A stretch of DNA of 64,000 nt from contig CAVZVA010000009.1 in the NCBI GenBank assembly GCA_963778655.1, positions 384,001-448,000 on the forward strand. Reading direction: 5' to 3'. The position numbers and the translations under genes are program-made. This document shows positions 39,627 through 49,209 of this stretch, in pieces (position 1 is the stretch's first letter; each line of letters opens with the position of its first letter). Source of the stretch: an uncultured delta proteobacterium. Lineage in GTDB: Bacteria > Myxococcota_A > Polyangia > Polyangiales > JAFGIB01. A model generated the notes under the pieces. That model was not told where the DNA came from and did no database searches. It saw only the letters and a list, made by a program, of their open reading frames with translations.

Positions 39627-41129
39627 TCAATGCGGGAACAGGCCGCCCGGGCCGCCGCCGCCCAGGCCGCCGCCGCAGGTGAAGCCGCCCTTGGGCCAGT
39701 ACATCACGAAGTTGAAACACATCTCGTCCTCGGTGTTTTGACCGAAGTAGACGTTGGTATCGGTGGTGTTGTCGTACGAGCAGGTGATCGCGAACTGGTC
39801 GCCGGTGTTCACCACCAGGTCGGGGGTGATGCCGTAGGCGCGCTGCTCGTTGAAGTCGAAGGGCATGTCGTGCACCACCACCTGCTCGCCCGTGGAGCGC
39901 GTCAGCAGCAGCTTGGCGTGCACGCCCAGCCGGTGCATGTGCGGGCTCTCGCCGATCAGATGGACCTCGCCCATGCTGGCCGAGACCATGCAGTTGGTGG
40001 TGTTGTCGACCATCTGGTGCGCCGGCGCGGTGGCGTCTCCTATGATCCCGTAGGTGGTCGCGGTGTGCGGCCGCATCTTGCTCGGATCGCTGATCACGCA
40101 GAACTCCACGCCGCTCGCGTCCGTCTCGGTCTGCATCCCGCCCAGGTTGTTGTAGTGCACGTCGAGCCGCAGCGACGCGCCCGCGCCGTTCGGCAGGTAG
40201 ATGCCGACGTCCGAAGGAACCGAGCCCGAGGTGTTGCCCGGCGCCCAGCCGGCCAGGAACGCGCCGTCCCCGCCGTACAGGATCCAGTGGTGCAGCACCT
40301 TGCCGTTGTCGACCACGGGCTTGTATGCCACGCCCTGCACCTCGGTGGTCCAGGGCACGGGGAAGTTGAACGAGGGGTGCTGCTCGGTGCCGGCCGGGAT
40401 CGAGTACTTGCCCGTGCCACCCGTGCCGCTCGCCAGAAAGGTGTAGTGCGCCTCGCAGTCCGCGGGCCACTCCGCCGAGTTGGGATTGCCCGGATCGGTC
40501 GTGGGGTCCATGGTGGAGCCACCCGCGCCCGCGGCGCCGGTGCTGCCGCCGGCCGGCGTCTGCATGCCGCCGGCGCCCGCGGCGCCGGTGCCTCCACTGC
40601 CGGCGCAGGTCGGGTCGGCCCCGGGCAGCGCGCCGGCATCGATCCAGCTGTCGAGCGCCGCGAGCTGCGGGGCGGTGAGCGCCGCGAAGCCCGACGGAGG
40701 CATCGGCTTCTGTGCGTCGTGGATGCGGACCCGCACCAGCTGGTAGACCTTCTTGGTGTTGTCCGAGACCGCGGGCGCGATCATGTCCTTATAGGTGACC
40801 ATCGACATCGGCGCGCCGAACATGCGCTGGCTGCCGTGACACTGCTGGCAAGGGTTGCGCAGCACGGCCAGGGCATCGCACCACGAGCCGGCGCCGGACG
40901 TAGTCGGGCTACCGGTCGCGGCGGGCGCGGCCGTGGCAGGGCTCGGCGTGGTGGCCAGCCCGGCGGACGGCGTGCCGACCGTGGCGCTCGCAGGCCCAGC
41001 CACGCTGGCCCCTGCGTTCGGGCTAGTCGCATCCGAGCTGCCGCAAGCGACAGCCGTGAGCGCGATCAACGATAGACCCAGTAAGCGCCCGCACACTCGC
41101 GGCGCGCGCCAGCCACCTCGGTTGACCAT
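39627..41129 (-). CDS. Lipoprotein: cytochrome c domain + copper type II ascorbate-dependent monooxygenase (PHM/DBH-like) N and C domains
   Basis: AVAC lipobox; CQQCH heme motif and MPP axial Met; VLHHWILY, LDVHYNN (CuH); PHMH, EDEMCF (CuM). Confidence 0.85.
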   Translation of the reverse strand: MVNRGGWRAPRVCGRLLGLSLIALTAVACGSSDATSPNAGASVAGPASATVGTPSAGLATTPSPATAAPAATGSPTTSGAGSWCDALAVLRNPCQQCHGSQRMFGAPMSMVTYKDMIAPAVSDNTKKVYQLVRVRIHDAQKPMPPSGFAALTAPQLAALDSWIDAGALPGADPTCAGSGGTGAAGAGGMQTPAGGSTGAAGAGGSTMDPTTDPGNPNSAEWPADCEAHYTFLASGTGGTGKYSIPAGTEQHPSFNFPVPWTTEVQGVAYKPVVDNGKVLHHWILYGGDGAFLAGWAPGNTSGSVPSDVGIYLPNGAGASLRLDVHYNNLGGMQTETDASGVEFCVISDPSKMRPHTATTYGIIGDATAPAHQMVDNTTNCMVSASMGEVHLIGESPHMHRLGVHAKLLLTRSTGEQVVVHDMPFDFNEQRAYGITPDLVVNTGDQFAITCSYDNTTDTNVYFGQNTEDEMCFNFVMYWPKGGFTCGGGLGGGGPGGLFPH

Positions 41130-41301
41130 GACCTTCCACTCCTACCCAAGCCCGCCACCGATAGTACTAGCGGTGCGCAACGCGACAAGTCACTCGGGTT
41201 CGAAATCGACCGCCGGAAGATCTTTTCCAACGCGCAGAAGTCTACGTATTCACTCTACTTTTAGGGGGAACCCCGGCGTGCCCCGAGGCCCTCGAAACGG
41301 C

Positions 41302-41871
41302 TCACCGCGTGATCTCGATGCTTGCGGATAGCGCCTGCTGCACCGGAAAAAGGCAGCTGCCGCGGGTGCACGCTTGGTAATGCAGCACACCACAAACCTG
41401 GCGCGGGCCGGGGGCGGCATCCTTGGCCACGGAGAAGGGCACCCGCACCCTGATCTCGGCTTCGAACGTGGCGATGTCCTCGCCTCCGAGGCGGAAGCGC
41501 TGCGGCGCGGGGTAGCGAGGCGACTCGAACGCCAGTCCGGGCTGGGGCTCGAACGCGACCTGGGTTGCGATGTAGAGCGGGTTGCTCGGCCAATCGGACA
41601 TCACGTGGTAGCCGGGGGCGATCCGCAACCGCAGCTCGAGCTCGCCGCGCTCGCCTGGCGCGGCCGTGACCTTTTGCGCCACCTCACTGTGCACGACCCG
41701 CTCCGGCGCCAGCAGCGGGGGCTTGCCTGAGGTGCCCGCGGCCGCGGGCGTCGTGGCGGTATGGGCGCAGCCGGCCAGCACAGAGCACGCGAGCAGGCCG
41801 GGCATCACGGGGCGCCCTGCACGAGCACGAGGTCGGCCCCGCCGCGGAGCGGGCGGCGCGGGCGCGGGCAT
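41302..41871 (-). CDS. Stand-alone DsbD N-terminal (alpha) domain lipoprotein (start uncertain; alternative 41805)
   Basis: LRIAPGYHV, YPAP, YQACTRGSCLFP (Cys-x4-Cys); lipobox LAGC. Confidence 0.8.
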   Translation of the reverse strand: MPAPAPPAPRRGRPRARAGRPVMPGLLACSVLAGCAHTATTPAAAGTSGKPPLLAPERVVHSEVAQKVTAAPGERGELELRLRIAPGYHVMSDWPSNPLYIATQVAFEPQPGLAFESPRYPAPQRFRLGGEDIATFEAEIRVRVPFSVAKDAAPGPRQVCGVLHYQACTRGSCLFPVQQALSASIEITR

Positions 41872-42037
41872 GAAGCTACAAGCCATCGGTTCGGAGGAGC
41901 GGAACGGATCGACGAGTCGCTGTACTACCACGCCTGCCCGACGGGCTTTCGAGCCAAGGGAACAAGTGCGCGAAACCACGTGTTTATCAGCCGGTGTCCG
42001 GAGCGCGGCGCGGAGCGCCGCCTGCTCCCGCGGGGCT

Positions 42038-42074
42038 TTGACAAGCGGTAGATAAGTAAGTAGTTACTTATCTA
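42038..42074 (+). promoter_or_regulatory. TTGACA -35 box plus perfect 11-bp inverted repeat TAGATAAGTAA-gtag-TTACTTATCTA (TetR operator)
   Basis: Seen directly; ends 2 nt before the GTG of the tetR gene. Confidence 0.8.
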
Positions 42075-42076
42075 TC

Positions 42077-42694
42077 GTGCCGCGGACCAAGACCATCAGC
42101 GACGAGCAGATCCTGGCGGTCGCGCGCGAGTGCTTCCTGGCGCGCGGCTTCGGCGCCTCCACACTTGCGATCGCGCGCCGGGCCGGCATCTCCGAGGCCT
42201 TGATCTTCCGCCGCTTTCGCACCAAAGAAGCGCTGTTCGCCAAGGCTCTGGGCCTGGGCGAGACGCCCGTCTGGATCGACACGCTCGAGCGCAAGGCCGG
42301 AACGGGCGACGCGAAACGCAACCTGGTCGAGATCTCGCTCGACATCGTCGAGCACTTCCACAACCACTTGCCGAGGCTGATGATGATCTGGTCGTCGCGT
42401 ACGCGGGCTCGCATCCGCCGCCAGCTCGAGGAGCCGCCCTCGCTACGCGGGCTCAAGGCCCTCACGCGCTACTTCGAGCGTGAGATGGCGCTCGGGCGCA
42501 TGCGCGCTGGAGACCCGGAGGTGGTCGCGCGCGCGCTGATGGGGGCGCTGCTGAACCACGCCTTCTTCAAGCTGATCGGCGTGCATGCGCGCCGACCGAT
42601 TTCCGCCCGGCGCTACGTCACCAGCTTGATCGACGTGCTGTGGGACGGCCTGCAGCCGGAGGCCGCGGCCCGGGCCGCAGGAGTCCAGTCATGA
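42077..42694 (+). CDS. TetR/AcrR family regulator
   Basis: ILAVARECFLARGFGASTLAIARRAGISEALIFRRFRTKEALF. Confidence 0.92.
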   Translation: MPRTKTISDEQILAVARECFLARGFGASTLAIARRAGISEALIFRRFRTKEALFAKALGLGETPVWIDTLERKAGTGDAKRNLVEISLDIVEHFHNHLPRLMMIWSSRTRARIRRQLEEPPSLRGLKALTRYFEREMALGRMRAGDPEVVARALMGALLNHAFFKLIGVHARRPISARRYVTSLIDVLWDGLQPEAAARAAGVQS

Positions 42695-43986
42695 GCAGCT
42701 CCCGCTTGCGAACAGTCACCTGGGTGGCCGTGCTGTTGCTGGCCGGCGGCGGTGGATACGCGTACTACCGCCACGCTGGGGCCACCAAGAAGCAGGACCT
42801 GAAGCTCGAGACCGCCAAGGTGGACCGCGGGCCGATCGTCTCCAAGGTCACCGCCACCGGCGCCCTCTCGGCGCTGGTGACCGTGCAGGTCGGCAGCCAG
42901 GTCTCGGGGCGGCTGCAGGAGATCAACGTCGACTTCAATTCCAAGGTGAAGAAGGGCGAGGTGATCGCGAAGATCGATCCGCAGCTGTTTCGCGCCGCCC
43001 TCGAGCAAGCCAAGGCGAACTACGCCGCGGCCAAGGCGAACCTGCTGCGCTCGCAGGTGCAGGCGGTCGATGCCGAGCGCCAGGCCGAGCGGGCCACCAC
43101 CCTGGCCGAGCAGCACTTGGGCGCGCAGGCCGACGCCGACACCGCGCAGGCGAATGCGGGCGCGGCCAAGGCCCAGGTCGAGGCCAGCCGCGCCGCGGTG
43201 GAGCAGGCGCACGCCTCGCTGCACCAGGCGCAGGTGAACCTCGACTACACCACCATCCTGTCGCCGATCAACGGCGTGGTGATCTCGCGCAACGTCGACG
43301 TGGGCCAGACGGTGGCGGCTTCGCTGCAGGCGCCGACGCTGTTCGTGATCGCGGAGGATCTGGCCAAGATGCAGGTCGACTCCAGCGTCTCGGAGGCCGA
43401 CGTGGGTAAGCTCCAACCCGGGATGGCGGCTTCCTTCACCGTGGATGCGTATCCCGGCGAGCACTTCCGCGGCAACATCCGCCAGATCCGCAACGCGCCG
43501 CAGACGCTGCAGAACGTCGTCACCTACGACGCCGTGATCGACGTGGAGAACCCGCAGCTCAAGCTCAAGCCGGGCATGACCGCCGCGGTGACCTTCATCA
43601 ACGCCTCGCGCGCCGACGCGTTGCGCGTGCCGAACGCGGCGCTGCGCTTTCGGCCCTCGCCCGAGCTGATCGCGCAGTGGCGCGGCGGGTCGGGCGCGGG
43701 CGGCTCGGGCGCGCACGCAGCGGGCGGGCCGGCCCAGGCCGGCGGCGGCGGCAGGGCCGCGCCGGACGCGGGTGCTGCGCAGGCCAAGCGCCACGACCCC
43801 GGCCTGCACACGCTGTGGGTGGTTCGCGGCGGCAAGCCGGAGCAGGTCACGATCCACACCGGCATCTCCGACGGGAGCATGACGGAGGTGCTGGACGGGC
43901 CGTTGCGAGCGGGCGACAGCGTGGTCACCGACGCGCCGGAGCCGGCCGGAGCCGGGCGCGGCCGCACGCCGTTCCGGATGCTCTGA
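42691..43986 (+). CDS. MacA-like efflux periplasmic adaptor
   Basis: VQVGSQVSG, GQTVAASLQAPTLF, LKPGMTA. Confidence 0.92.
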   Translation: MSSSRLRTVTWVAVLLLAGGGGYAYYRHAGATKKQDLKLETAKVDRGPIVSKVTATGALSALVTVQVGSQVSGRLQEINVDFNSKVKKGEVIAKIDPQLFRAALEQAKANYAAAKANLLRSQVQAVDAERQAERATTLAEQHLGAQADADTAQANAGAAKAQVEASRAAVEQAHASLHQAQVNLDYTTILSPINGVVISRNVDVGQTVAASLQAPTLFVIAEDLAKMQVDSSVSEADVGKLQPGMAASFTVDAYPGEHFRGNIRQIRNAPQTLQNVVTYDAVIDVENPQLKLKPGMTAAVTFINASRADALRVPNAALRFRPSPELIAQWRGGSGAGGSGAHAAGGPAQAGGGGRAAPDAGAAQAKRHDPGLHTLWVVRGGKPEQVTIHTGISDGSMTEVLDGPLRAGDSVVTDAPEPAGAGRGRTPFRML

Positions 43987-43988
43987 GC

Positions 43989-44744
43989 ATGGCCCAGCCA
44001 ACCGCACTGTTGTCGCTCGAGGCGATCACCAAGGTCTACCGCATGGGCGACGTCGAGGTGCACGCGCTGCGCGGCGTCTCGCTCGAGGTCCAGAGCGGCG
44101 ACTTCGTCGCGGTGATGGGCTCGTCGGGCTCGGGCAAGTCGACCTTGATGAACATCATCGGCTGCCTCGATCGGCCGACGGCGGGCCGCTACCTGCTCAA
44201 CGGCCGCGAGGTCTCGCGGCTGGGCCGCGACGCGCTGGCGGAGATCCGCAACCAGACCATCGGCTTCGTGTTTCAGAGCTTCAATCTGTTGTCGCGGACC
44301 AGCGCGCTCGAAAACGTGGAGCTGCCGCTGCTGTACGCGGGGGTGCCCGGCCGCGCCCGGCGCAAGCGCGCGACCGAGGCACTGGTCAAGGTCGGGCTCG
44401 GTGATCGGCTCCACCACCATTCCAACCAGATGTCGGGCGGGCAGCAGCAGCGCGTGGCGGTGGCGCGCGCGATCGTGAGCCAGCCCAAGATCATCGTGGC
44501 CGACGAGCCCACCGGCAATCTCGACTCGCGCACCAGCCTGGAGATCATGGCGCTGTTCCAGGAGCTCGGGCGCTCCGACATCACCATCCTGCTGGTGACG
44601 CACGAGTCCGACATCGCCGAGTTCGCCTCGCGCATCCTCGTGATGAAGGACGGGAGCCTGCTATCCGACGAGCGCCGCGCCCCGCGTGACGCCGGCGAGG
44701 CGCTGGGCGTGGCCCAGGCACCGAAAGAGGTCGCGCTGCAATGA
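43989..44744 (+). CDS. ABC ATP-binding subunit (MacB/LolD-type)
   Basis: GSSGSGKSTLMN, MSGGQQQRVAVARA, ADEPTGNLD. Confidence 0.95.
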   Translation: MAQPTALLSLEAITKVYRMGDVEVHALRGVSLEVQSGDFVAVMGSSGSGKSTLMNIIGCLDRPTAGRYLLNGREVSRLGRDALAEIRNQTIGFVFQSFNLLSRTSALENVELPLLYAGVPGRARRKRATEALVKVGLGDRLHHHSNQMSGGQQQRVAVARAIVSQPKIIVADEPTGNLDSRTSLEIMALFQELGRSDITILLVTHESDIAEFASRILVMKDGSLLSDERRAPRDAGEALGVAQAPKEVALQ

Positions 44745-45970
44745 GCATTCTGCAAACGCTGCGTGTCGCGGTCCGTGCCCTGACGCGCAACAAGCTGCGC
44801 TCCTTCTTGACCACGCTGGGCATCATGATCGGCGTCGGCGCGGTGATCGCGATGGTCGCGATCGGGGAGGGCGCCAAGGCGATGGTGGAGCAGGCCTTCG
44901 AGTCGATGGGTTCGAATCTGATCCTGATCTTGCCGGGCGTGACCTCGCGCGGCGGCGCCTTCGGCGGCTTCGGCAGCATGCCCACGCTGACCTGGGACGA
45001 TCTGAAGGCGATCCAGACCGAGGTGCCGTCGGTGCGCTATGCGGCCGCCAGCATGCGCACGGTGCAGCAGGTGTTGAGCGAGGACCAGAACTGGAGCACC
45101 AGCATCATGGGCACCTCGCCCGAGTACCTCGAGATCCGGAACTGGGCCGTCGCCAAGGGCGCTTGCTTCACCCAGTCGGACGTGGACGGGGCGACCAAGG
45201 TGGCGCTGCTGGGGCAGACCGTGGTCGACAAGCTGTACGGGCCCGGGTTCAACCCGGTGGGGGAAACCGTGCAGATCAACGGCGTGCCGTTCCAGGTGGT
45301 CGGCGTGCTCGCCAAGAAGGGGCAGTCGCCGATGGGCTCGGACTACGACGACGCGGTGATCGTGCCTTACACCACTTATCAGGCGCGGATCCAGGGCGGG
45401 CTCCAGAAGTACATCTCGGGCGTGATCATGGTGAGCGCCAAGGAGGCCGACGGCACGGCGCGGGCGCAGAAACAGATTGCCGAATTGTTGCGCGATCGCC
45501 ACCACCTGGCGCCGGGCGCCGACGACGACTTCTCGATGCGCGACCTGACCGAAATGGCCAACGCGCGGCAGCAAGGGACGCAGACGCTGACCACGCTGCT
45601 GGCGAGCGTGGCCGCGGTCTCGCTGTTCGTGGGCGGCATCGGCATCATGAACATCATGTTGGTGAGCGTGACCGAGCGCACGCGCGAGATCGGCCTGCGC
45701 ATGGCGGTCGGAGCCAAGCCGCGAAACATCCTGGCGCAGTTCCTGATCGAGGCGCTCACGTTGTCCGTGGCCGGCGGCCTGATCGGCGTCGGGCTCGGTT
45801 TGTTCACCGCGGGTTGGATGGCCAAGACGTTCCATTGGCCGATGCTGGTGCGTCCGGACATCGTCGGCATTGCTGTCGGGTTCAGTGCGCTCGTGGGCAT
45901 CGGTTTCGGCTTGTATCCGGCGCGCAAGGCGTCGCTGCTCGATCCGATCGAGGCGTTGAGGTACGAATGA
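44741..45970 (+). CDS. MacB-type ABC permease
   Basis: LRSFLTTLGIMIGV, GGIGIMNIMLVSVTERTREIG, YPARKASLLDPIEALRYE. Confidence 0.95.
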   Translation: MSILQTLRVAVRALTRNKLRSFLTTLGIMIGVGAVIAMVAIGEGAKAMVEQAFESMGSNLILILPGVTSRGGAFGGFGSMPTLTWDDLKAIQTEVPSVRYAAASMRTVQQVLSEDQNWSTSIMGTSPEYLEIRNWAVAKGACFTQSDVDGATKVALLGQTVVDKLYGPGFNPVGETVQINGVPFQVVGVLAKKGQSPMGSDYDDAVIVPYTTYQARIQGGLQKYISGVIMVSAKEADGTARAQKQIAELLRDRHHLAPGADDDFSMRDLTEMANARQQGTQTLTTLLASVAAVSLFVGGIGIMNIMLVSVTERTREIGLRMAVGAKPRNILAQFLIEALTLSVAGGLIGVGLGLFTAGWMAKTFHWPMLVRPDIVGIAVGFSALVGIGFGLYPARKASLLDPIEALRYE

Positions 45971-47535
45971 GGCTCAGAGCTCTGGCTTTCGTGTTGCTGT
46001 TGGCGCTGTCGTCGGCGCGGCCTGCGTTCGCGCAGCAGGTTGGGGCGGGGGTTGGGCTTCAGGCCGGGGCCGCGCCGGCGGGGCAAGCGCAGGCAGCGGC
46101 GCAGGGTCCGTCTGCGGCGCAGGCCCAAGCGCGGTCGGCGCAAGCGGCGCAGGCTCCGGTGACGGGCGCGGCTGCGCCGGCGCAGCCGGCTGCGGCCGCA
46201 GCCGCGACGCCGCCTGTCGCGGCCTCGCCGCCCGCCACAGCCCCCGTCGCAGCCGCTGCTGCAGCCGCGCCCACGGCCGCGCCTGCGTCCGGCCGGGTGC
46301 TGACGCTGGCCCAGGCGCTGCAGAGCGCGCGCGAGCACCAGCCGCTGCTGCACCAGGCGCAGGCGGCGATCGATGTCTCTCGCGCGCGCGCCGATCAGGC
46401 CGCGGCCGGGCTCTACCCGCAGGTGACGGCCACGGCCGCCTACCAGCGCACCACCGCCAACTTCGCGCCGCGTCCGGGCGCGCTCCCGTCGAGCGTCAAT
46501 ATTGCCGCGAGCAAGAGCTTCAAGACCTACGACTATTTCAACTTTGGGCTCAACGCCCAGCAGCTCGTCTGGGACTTCGGCCAGACCTACAAGCGCAAGG
46601 ACGCGGCCAAGGCCACGCTCGAGGCGCGCAAGACCGACGAGCAGGCCTCGCTGCTGCAGGTCGAGCAGAACGTGCGGGTGGCGTTCTTCAACGCGCGCGC
46701 GGCCAAGGCCATGGTCTCGGTCGCGCACGAGACGCTGGCGAACCAGGACAAGCACGTGGGGCAGATCGAGGGCTTCGTGCGCGCAGGCACGCGCGCCCAG
46801 ATCGATCTGGTGCAGGCCAAGGCCGACCGCGCCAACGCCAAGGTCGGCGTGATCAACGCCGAGAACGCCTACGAGTCGTCCAAGGCCACGCTCGATCAGG
46901 CGATGGGGGTGGAGGGCGATACCGCCTACGACGTTTCGGACGACGGGCTGCCCCCGGTCGACGGCGAGGACGGCGCGCTCGACCCGCTGGTCAAGCGCGC
47001 GCTCGAGCATCGGCCCGAGTTCGTGTCGCTGCGCGAGCAGTTGCGATCCGAGGAGCTGACGCTGGAGTCGATCCGCGGCGGCTACTGGCCCTCGCTGGGG
47101 GTCGGCGCCGGGGCCACCGAGGCCGGGCGCGCCTTCAACAACATGACCTGGAACGTGAACGCGGGCGCGACCATCACCTGGCCGCTGTTCCAGGGCGGCA
47201 TCACCAACGCGCAGGCCGACGAGGCGCGCGCCACTCTGGTGGGGTTGCACGCCCAGGTCGACGCGCTCGAGCAGCAGGTGCGGCTCGACGTCACTCAGGG
47301 GCAGCTCGGGGTGCGGGCGACCAAGGCGGTGCTGGTCGCATCCCAGGAGGTGGTGACCAACGCGCGCGAGCGCCTGCGCCTGGCCGAAGGCCGCTACGCC
47401 GCGGGCATCGGCAACGGCATCGAGCTCGGCGACGCGCAGCTCGCGCTGGCCTCGGCGCTCGCGCAGCAGGTGCAGGCCGAGTACAACCTGGCGGCCGCGC
47501 GAGCGCAGCTGCTGCACGCGTTGGGGCAGCAGTAG
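45967..47535 (+). CDS. TolC family outer-membrane efflux protein
   Basis: LTLAQAL, YPQV, WDFG, PLFQGG, RYAAG; Ala/Pro-rich N-terminal extension. Confidence 0.92.
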   Translation: MRLRALAFVLLLALSSARPAFAQQVGAGVGLQAGAAPAGQAQAAAQGPSAAQAQARSAQAAQAPVTGAAAPAQPAAAAAATPPVAASPPATAPVAAAAAAAPTAAPASGRVLTLAQALQSAREHQPLLHQAQAAIDVSRARADQAAAGLYPQVTATAAYQRTTANFAPRPGALPSSVNIAASKSFKTYDYFNFGLNAQQLVWDFGQTYKRKDAAKATLEARKTDEQASLLQVEQNVRVAFFNARAAKAMVSVAHETLANQDKHVGQIEGFVRAGTRAQIDLVQAKADRANAKVGVINAENAYESSKATLDQAMGVEGDTAYDVSDDGLPPVDGEDGALDPLVKRALEHRPEFVSLREQLRSEELTLESIRGGYWPSLGVGAGATEAGRAFNNMTWNVNAGATITWPLFQGGITNAQADEARATLVGLHAQVDALEQQVRLDVTQGQLGVRATKAVLVASQEVVTNARERLRLAEGRYAAGIGNGIELGDAQLALASALAQQVQAEYNLAAARAQLLHALGQQ

Positions 47536-47590
47536 CGCCCGCTCGCCGATCGCTGGGGACGAGCGGGCTCTGCGCGAGCAGCAGCGAAGC
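47453..47590 (+). repeat. Copy 1 of 138-bp direct repeat (tolC last codons, stop and downstream hairpin)
   Basis: Hand alignment to 49650-49787: 124/138 identical, no gaps. Confidence 0.9.
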
Positions 47591-47594
47591 CGAG

Positions 47595-47746
47595 GTGAAA
47601 GGGCTCGACAACCGGCTGATTGAGCCGTCGGAGCACGAGCTGGCGGCGACCGGGCGCGTGCTGCGCCGCAAGCGCCCTGGCGGCATGCTCAACTTCTACT
47701 ATCGGGCGGCCGCGTGAGTGCGCGATCGATGGTTGGCGCCCTACGC
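47595..47746 (+). mobile_element. Remnant of an IS: C-terminal tail of an integrase-core (rve) transposase and putative terminal IR
   Basis: Hand translation GLDNRLIEP...GRVLRRKRPGGMLNFYYRAAA* (stop 47715-47717) matches the GLxNxLI...RLGGLLxxYYRxAA tail I recall for this family; ttggcgccctacgc follows. Confidence 0.6.
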
Positions 47747-47863
47747 CTGTCTCGCCTACGAACCAAGCTCAATCCCCCCGGCTGCATCATTCCGACCAAC
47801 CTCTCCTCAGCAGCGGGCGGGACCCGGCGGTACACGTTGCGCGCTGGCTCGAGCATCGCCCGC

Positions 47864-49036
47864 TCAGTCGAGGGGAATGCGGAACAGCTCGTTGTCCACG
47901 TCGAAGGTGGTGATGTACGCGACGCCATCGCCGATGGCGCCGGCTTGGTACTCGTTTTCGGCGGTGATGAGCTGTTTGCAGTCGGTGTTGTCGCGGCGGT
48001 GCCAACCGATGGTCGCCGACGGGAACGAGTCATGCCACCAGTACACGCGCTCGGCGTCGACCTTCAGCACGTAGTCGTTCTTGCCGAGGAAGGGTTGCTT
48101 GTCTTTGGGGCTCGTGTACGGGGTGAAATAGCCGCCGTAGTAGTCGTTCCAGTACACGCCGTCGTCGGCGAGGTGGTAGCTGCCCATGTCGAAGTTGCTG
48201 GCGGTGACCACGGGCTCCATGCTGCCGCCGGTGACGGCTACGCGGATGATCCGGTCGTCGCCGCCGGTGAACAAGATGCCGTAGACGTAGCCGTCGCGCA
48301 GCTCGAGCTGCTCGAGGCTCACCATGCTGAGCAGGGTCTCCTTGGTACCGCCCCCGATCGGCTCGCGGTAGAGCTCCTGGGTGTCGGGGTCGTGCACGTA
48401 CTGGTACGTGTCGTCGGCGGTCCAGTTGCGCGGCGCGTCGTCGAACAGCATCGTCGGCGTGGCCTTCGGATCGTCGATTGGCACGCGCACGATCTGGTCC
48501 TTCGGGGGATTCGTGCCATCGGAGATGTCGAAGTACAGATAGCTGCCGATGATCAACGGCGAGTAGCGCTTGTCGGGCGTCGCGAGGAGGAGCTCGGGCG
48601 TGTCGCTCCCCGGTGGGATGCGGTACACGCCGTCGCCGCCGAGCCCGTAGTACACGCCGGTCTCGTGCGCGGTCAGCCCGTCGAAGATGTTGCTCTTCAT
48701 GACGAGCACCTTGGCCTCGTCACCCAGCTCCTCGAACGTGAGTGCGGGTCCGGGCCTGCAGCGGCCGTTCAGCAACGTGCCGCCGCTCGGTGTGGGCGTG
48801 CCCTGATCGACAGCCGCATCCGCGACCCCGGCATCGCTCAGCGACTGCGTGCCCGCAGCGCCGCCCGAGCCGGTGCCACCCCCGGCGCCAGCACCCGAAC
48901 CAGCCGTACCTGCCGCACCCGGACCCGCGTCGGCCGCGGTCCCGGCGGTGGCGCCGGACGACGAGGACTCCCCGTTACAAGCGCCCAGCGCGATGCACAA
49001 GAGCACGCATGACCCAAGACTCGGACGTCGAAACAT
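47864..49036 (-). CDS. Beta-propeller lipoprotein (DUF5050/TolB-like repeats), cargo of the islet
   Basis: LGAC lipobox; Gly/Ala linker; repeats YLYF, GYVY, ADDGVYW, DAERVYW; GGGAGG SD. Confidence 0.75.
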   Translation of the reverse strand: MFRRPSLGSCVLLCIALGACNGESSSSGATAGTAADAGPGAAGTAGSGAGAGGGTGSGGAAGTQSLSDAGVADAAVDQGTPTPSGGTLLNGRCRPGPALTFEELGDEAKVLVMKSNIFDGLTAHETGVYYGLGGDGVYRIPPGSDTPELLLATPDKRYSPLIIGSYLYFDISDGTNPPKDQIVRVPIDDPKATPTMLFDDAPRNWTADDTYQYVHDPDTQELYREPIGGGTKETLLSMVSLEQLELRDGYVYGILFTGGDDRIIRVAVTGGSMEPVVTASNFDMGSYHLADDGVYWNDYYGGYFTPYTSPKDKQPFLGKNDYVLKVDAERVYWWHDSFPSATIGWHRRDNTDCKQLITAENEYQAGAIGDGVAYITTFDVDNELFRIPLD

Positions 49037-49167
49037 GAAGAACCCTCCCGCGGCCGATGAGCGTATCAGCGTGTGACGCAGCTGGCCACGGCTGTATTCC
49101 GCCGGTCGTCGCGGAGTCTCCGACCACAAGGCGGGAGATTGGCCTCGACCGCGGCGCGCTGCCGGTA

Positions 49168-49209
49168 CTGAAACAAACAGGCATACCCGCCCGCCCGCGG
49201 GTGTGCCTG
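49168..49209 (-). terminator. Rho-independent terminator-like hairpin with U-rich tail on the minus strand
   Basis: 13-bp stem (49178-49190 / 49197-49209, 1 mismatch) followed by TTTGTTTC on the minus strand. Confidence 0.5.

Noticed and set aside
44686..47535. 949-aa TolC fusion
   Set aside because: The first 427 codons overlap the permease in another frame; the real start is ATG 45967 with a signal peptide
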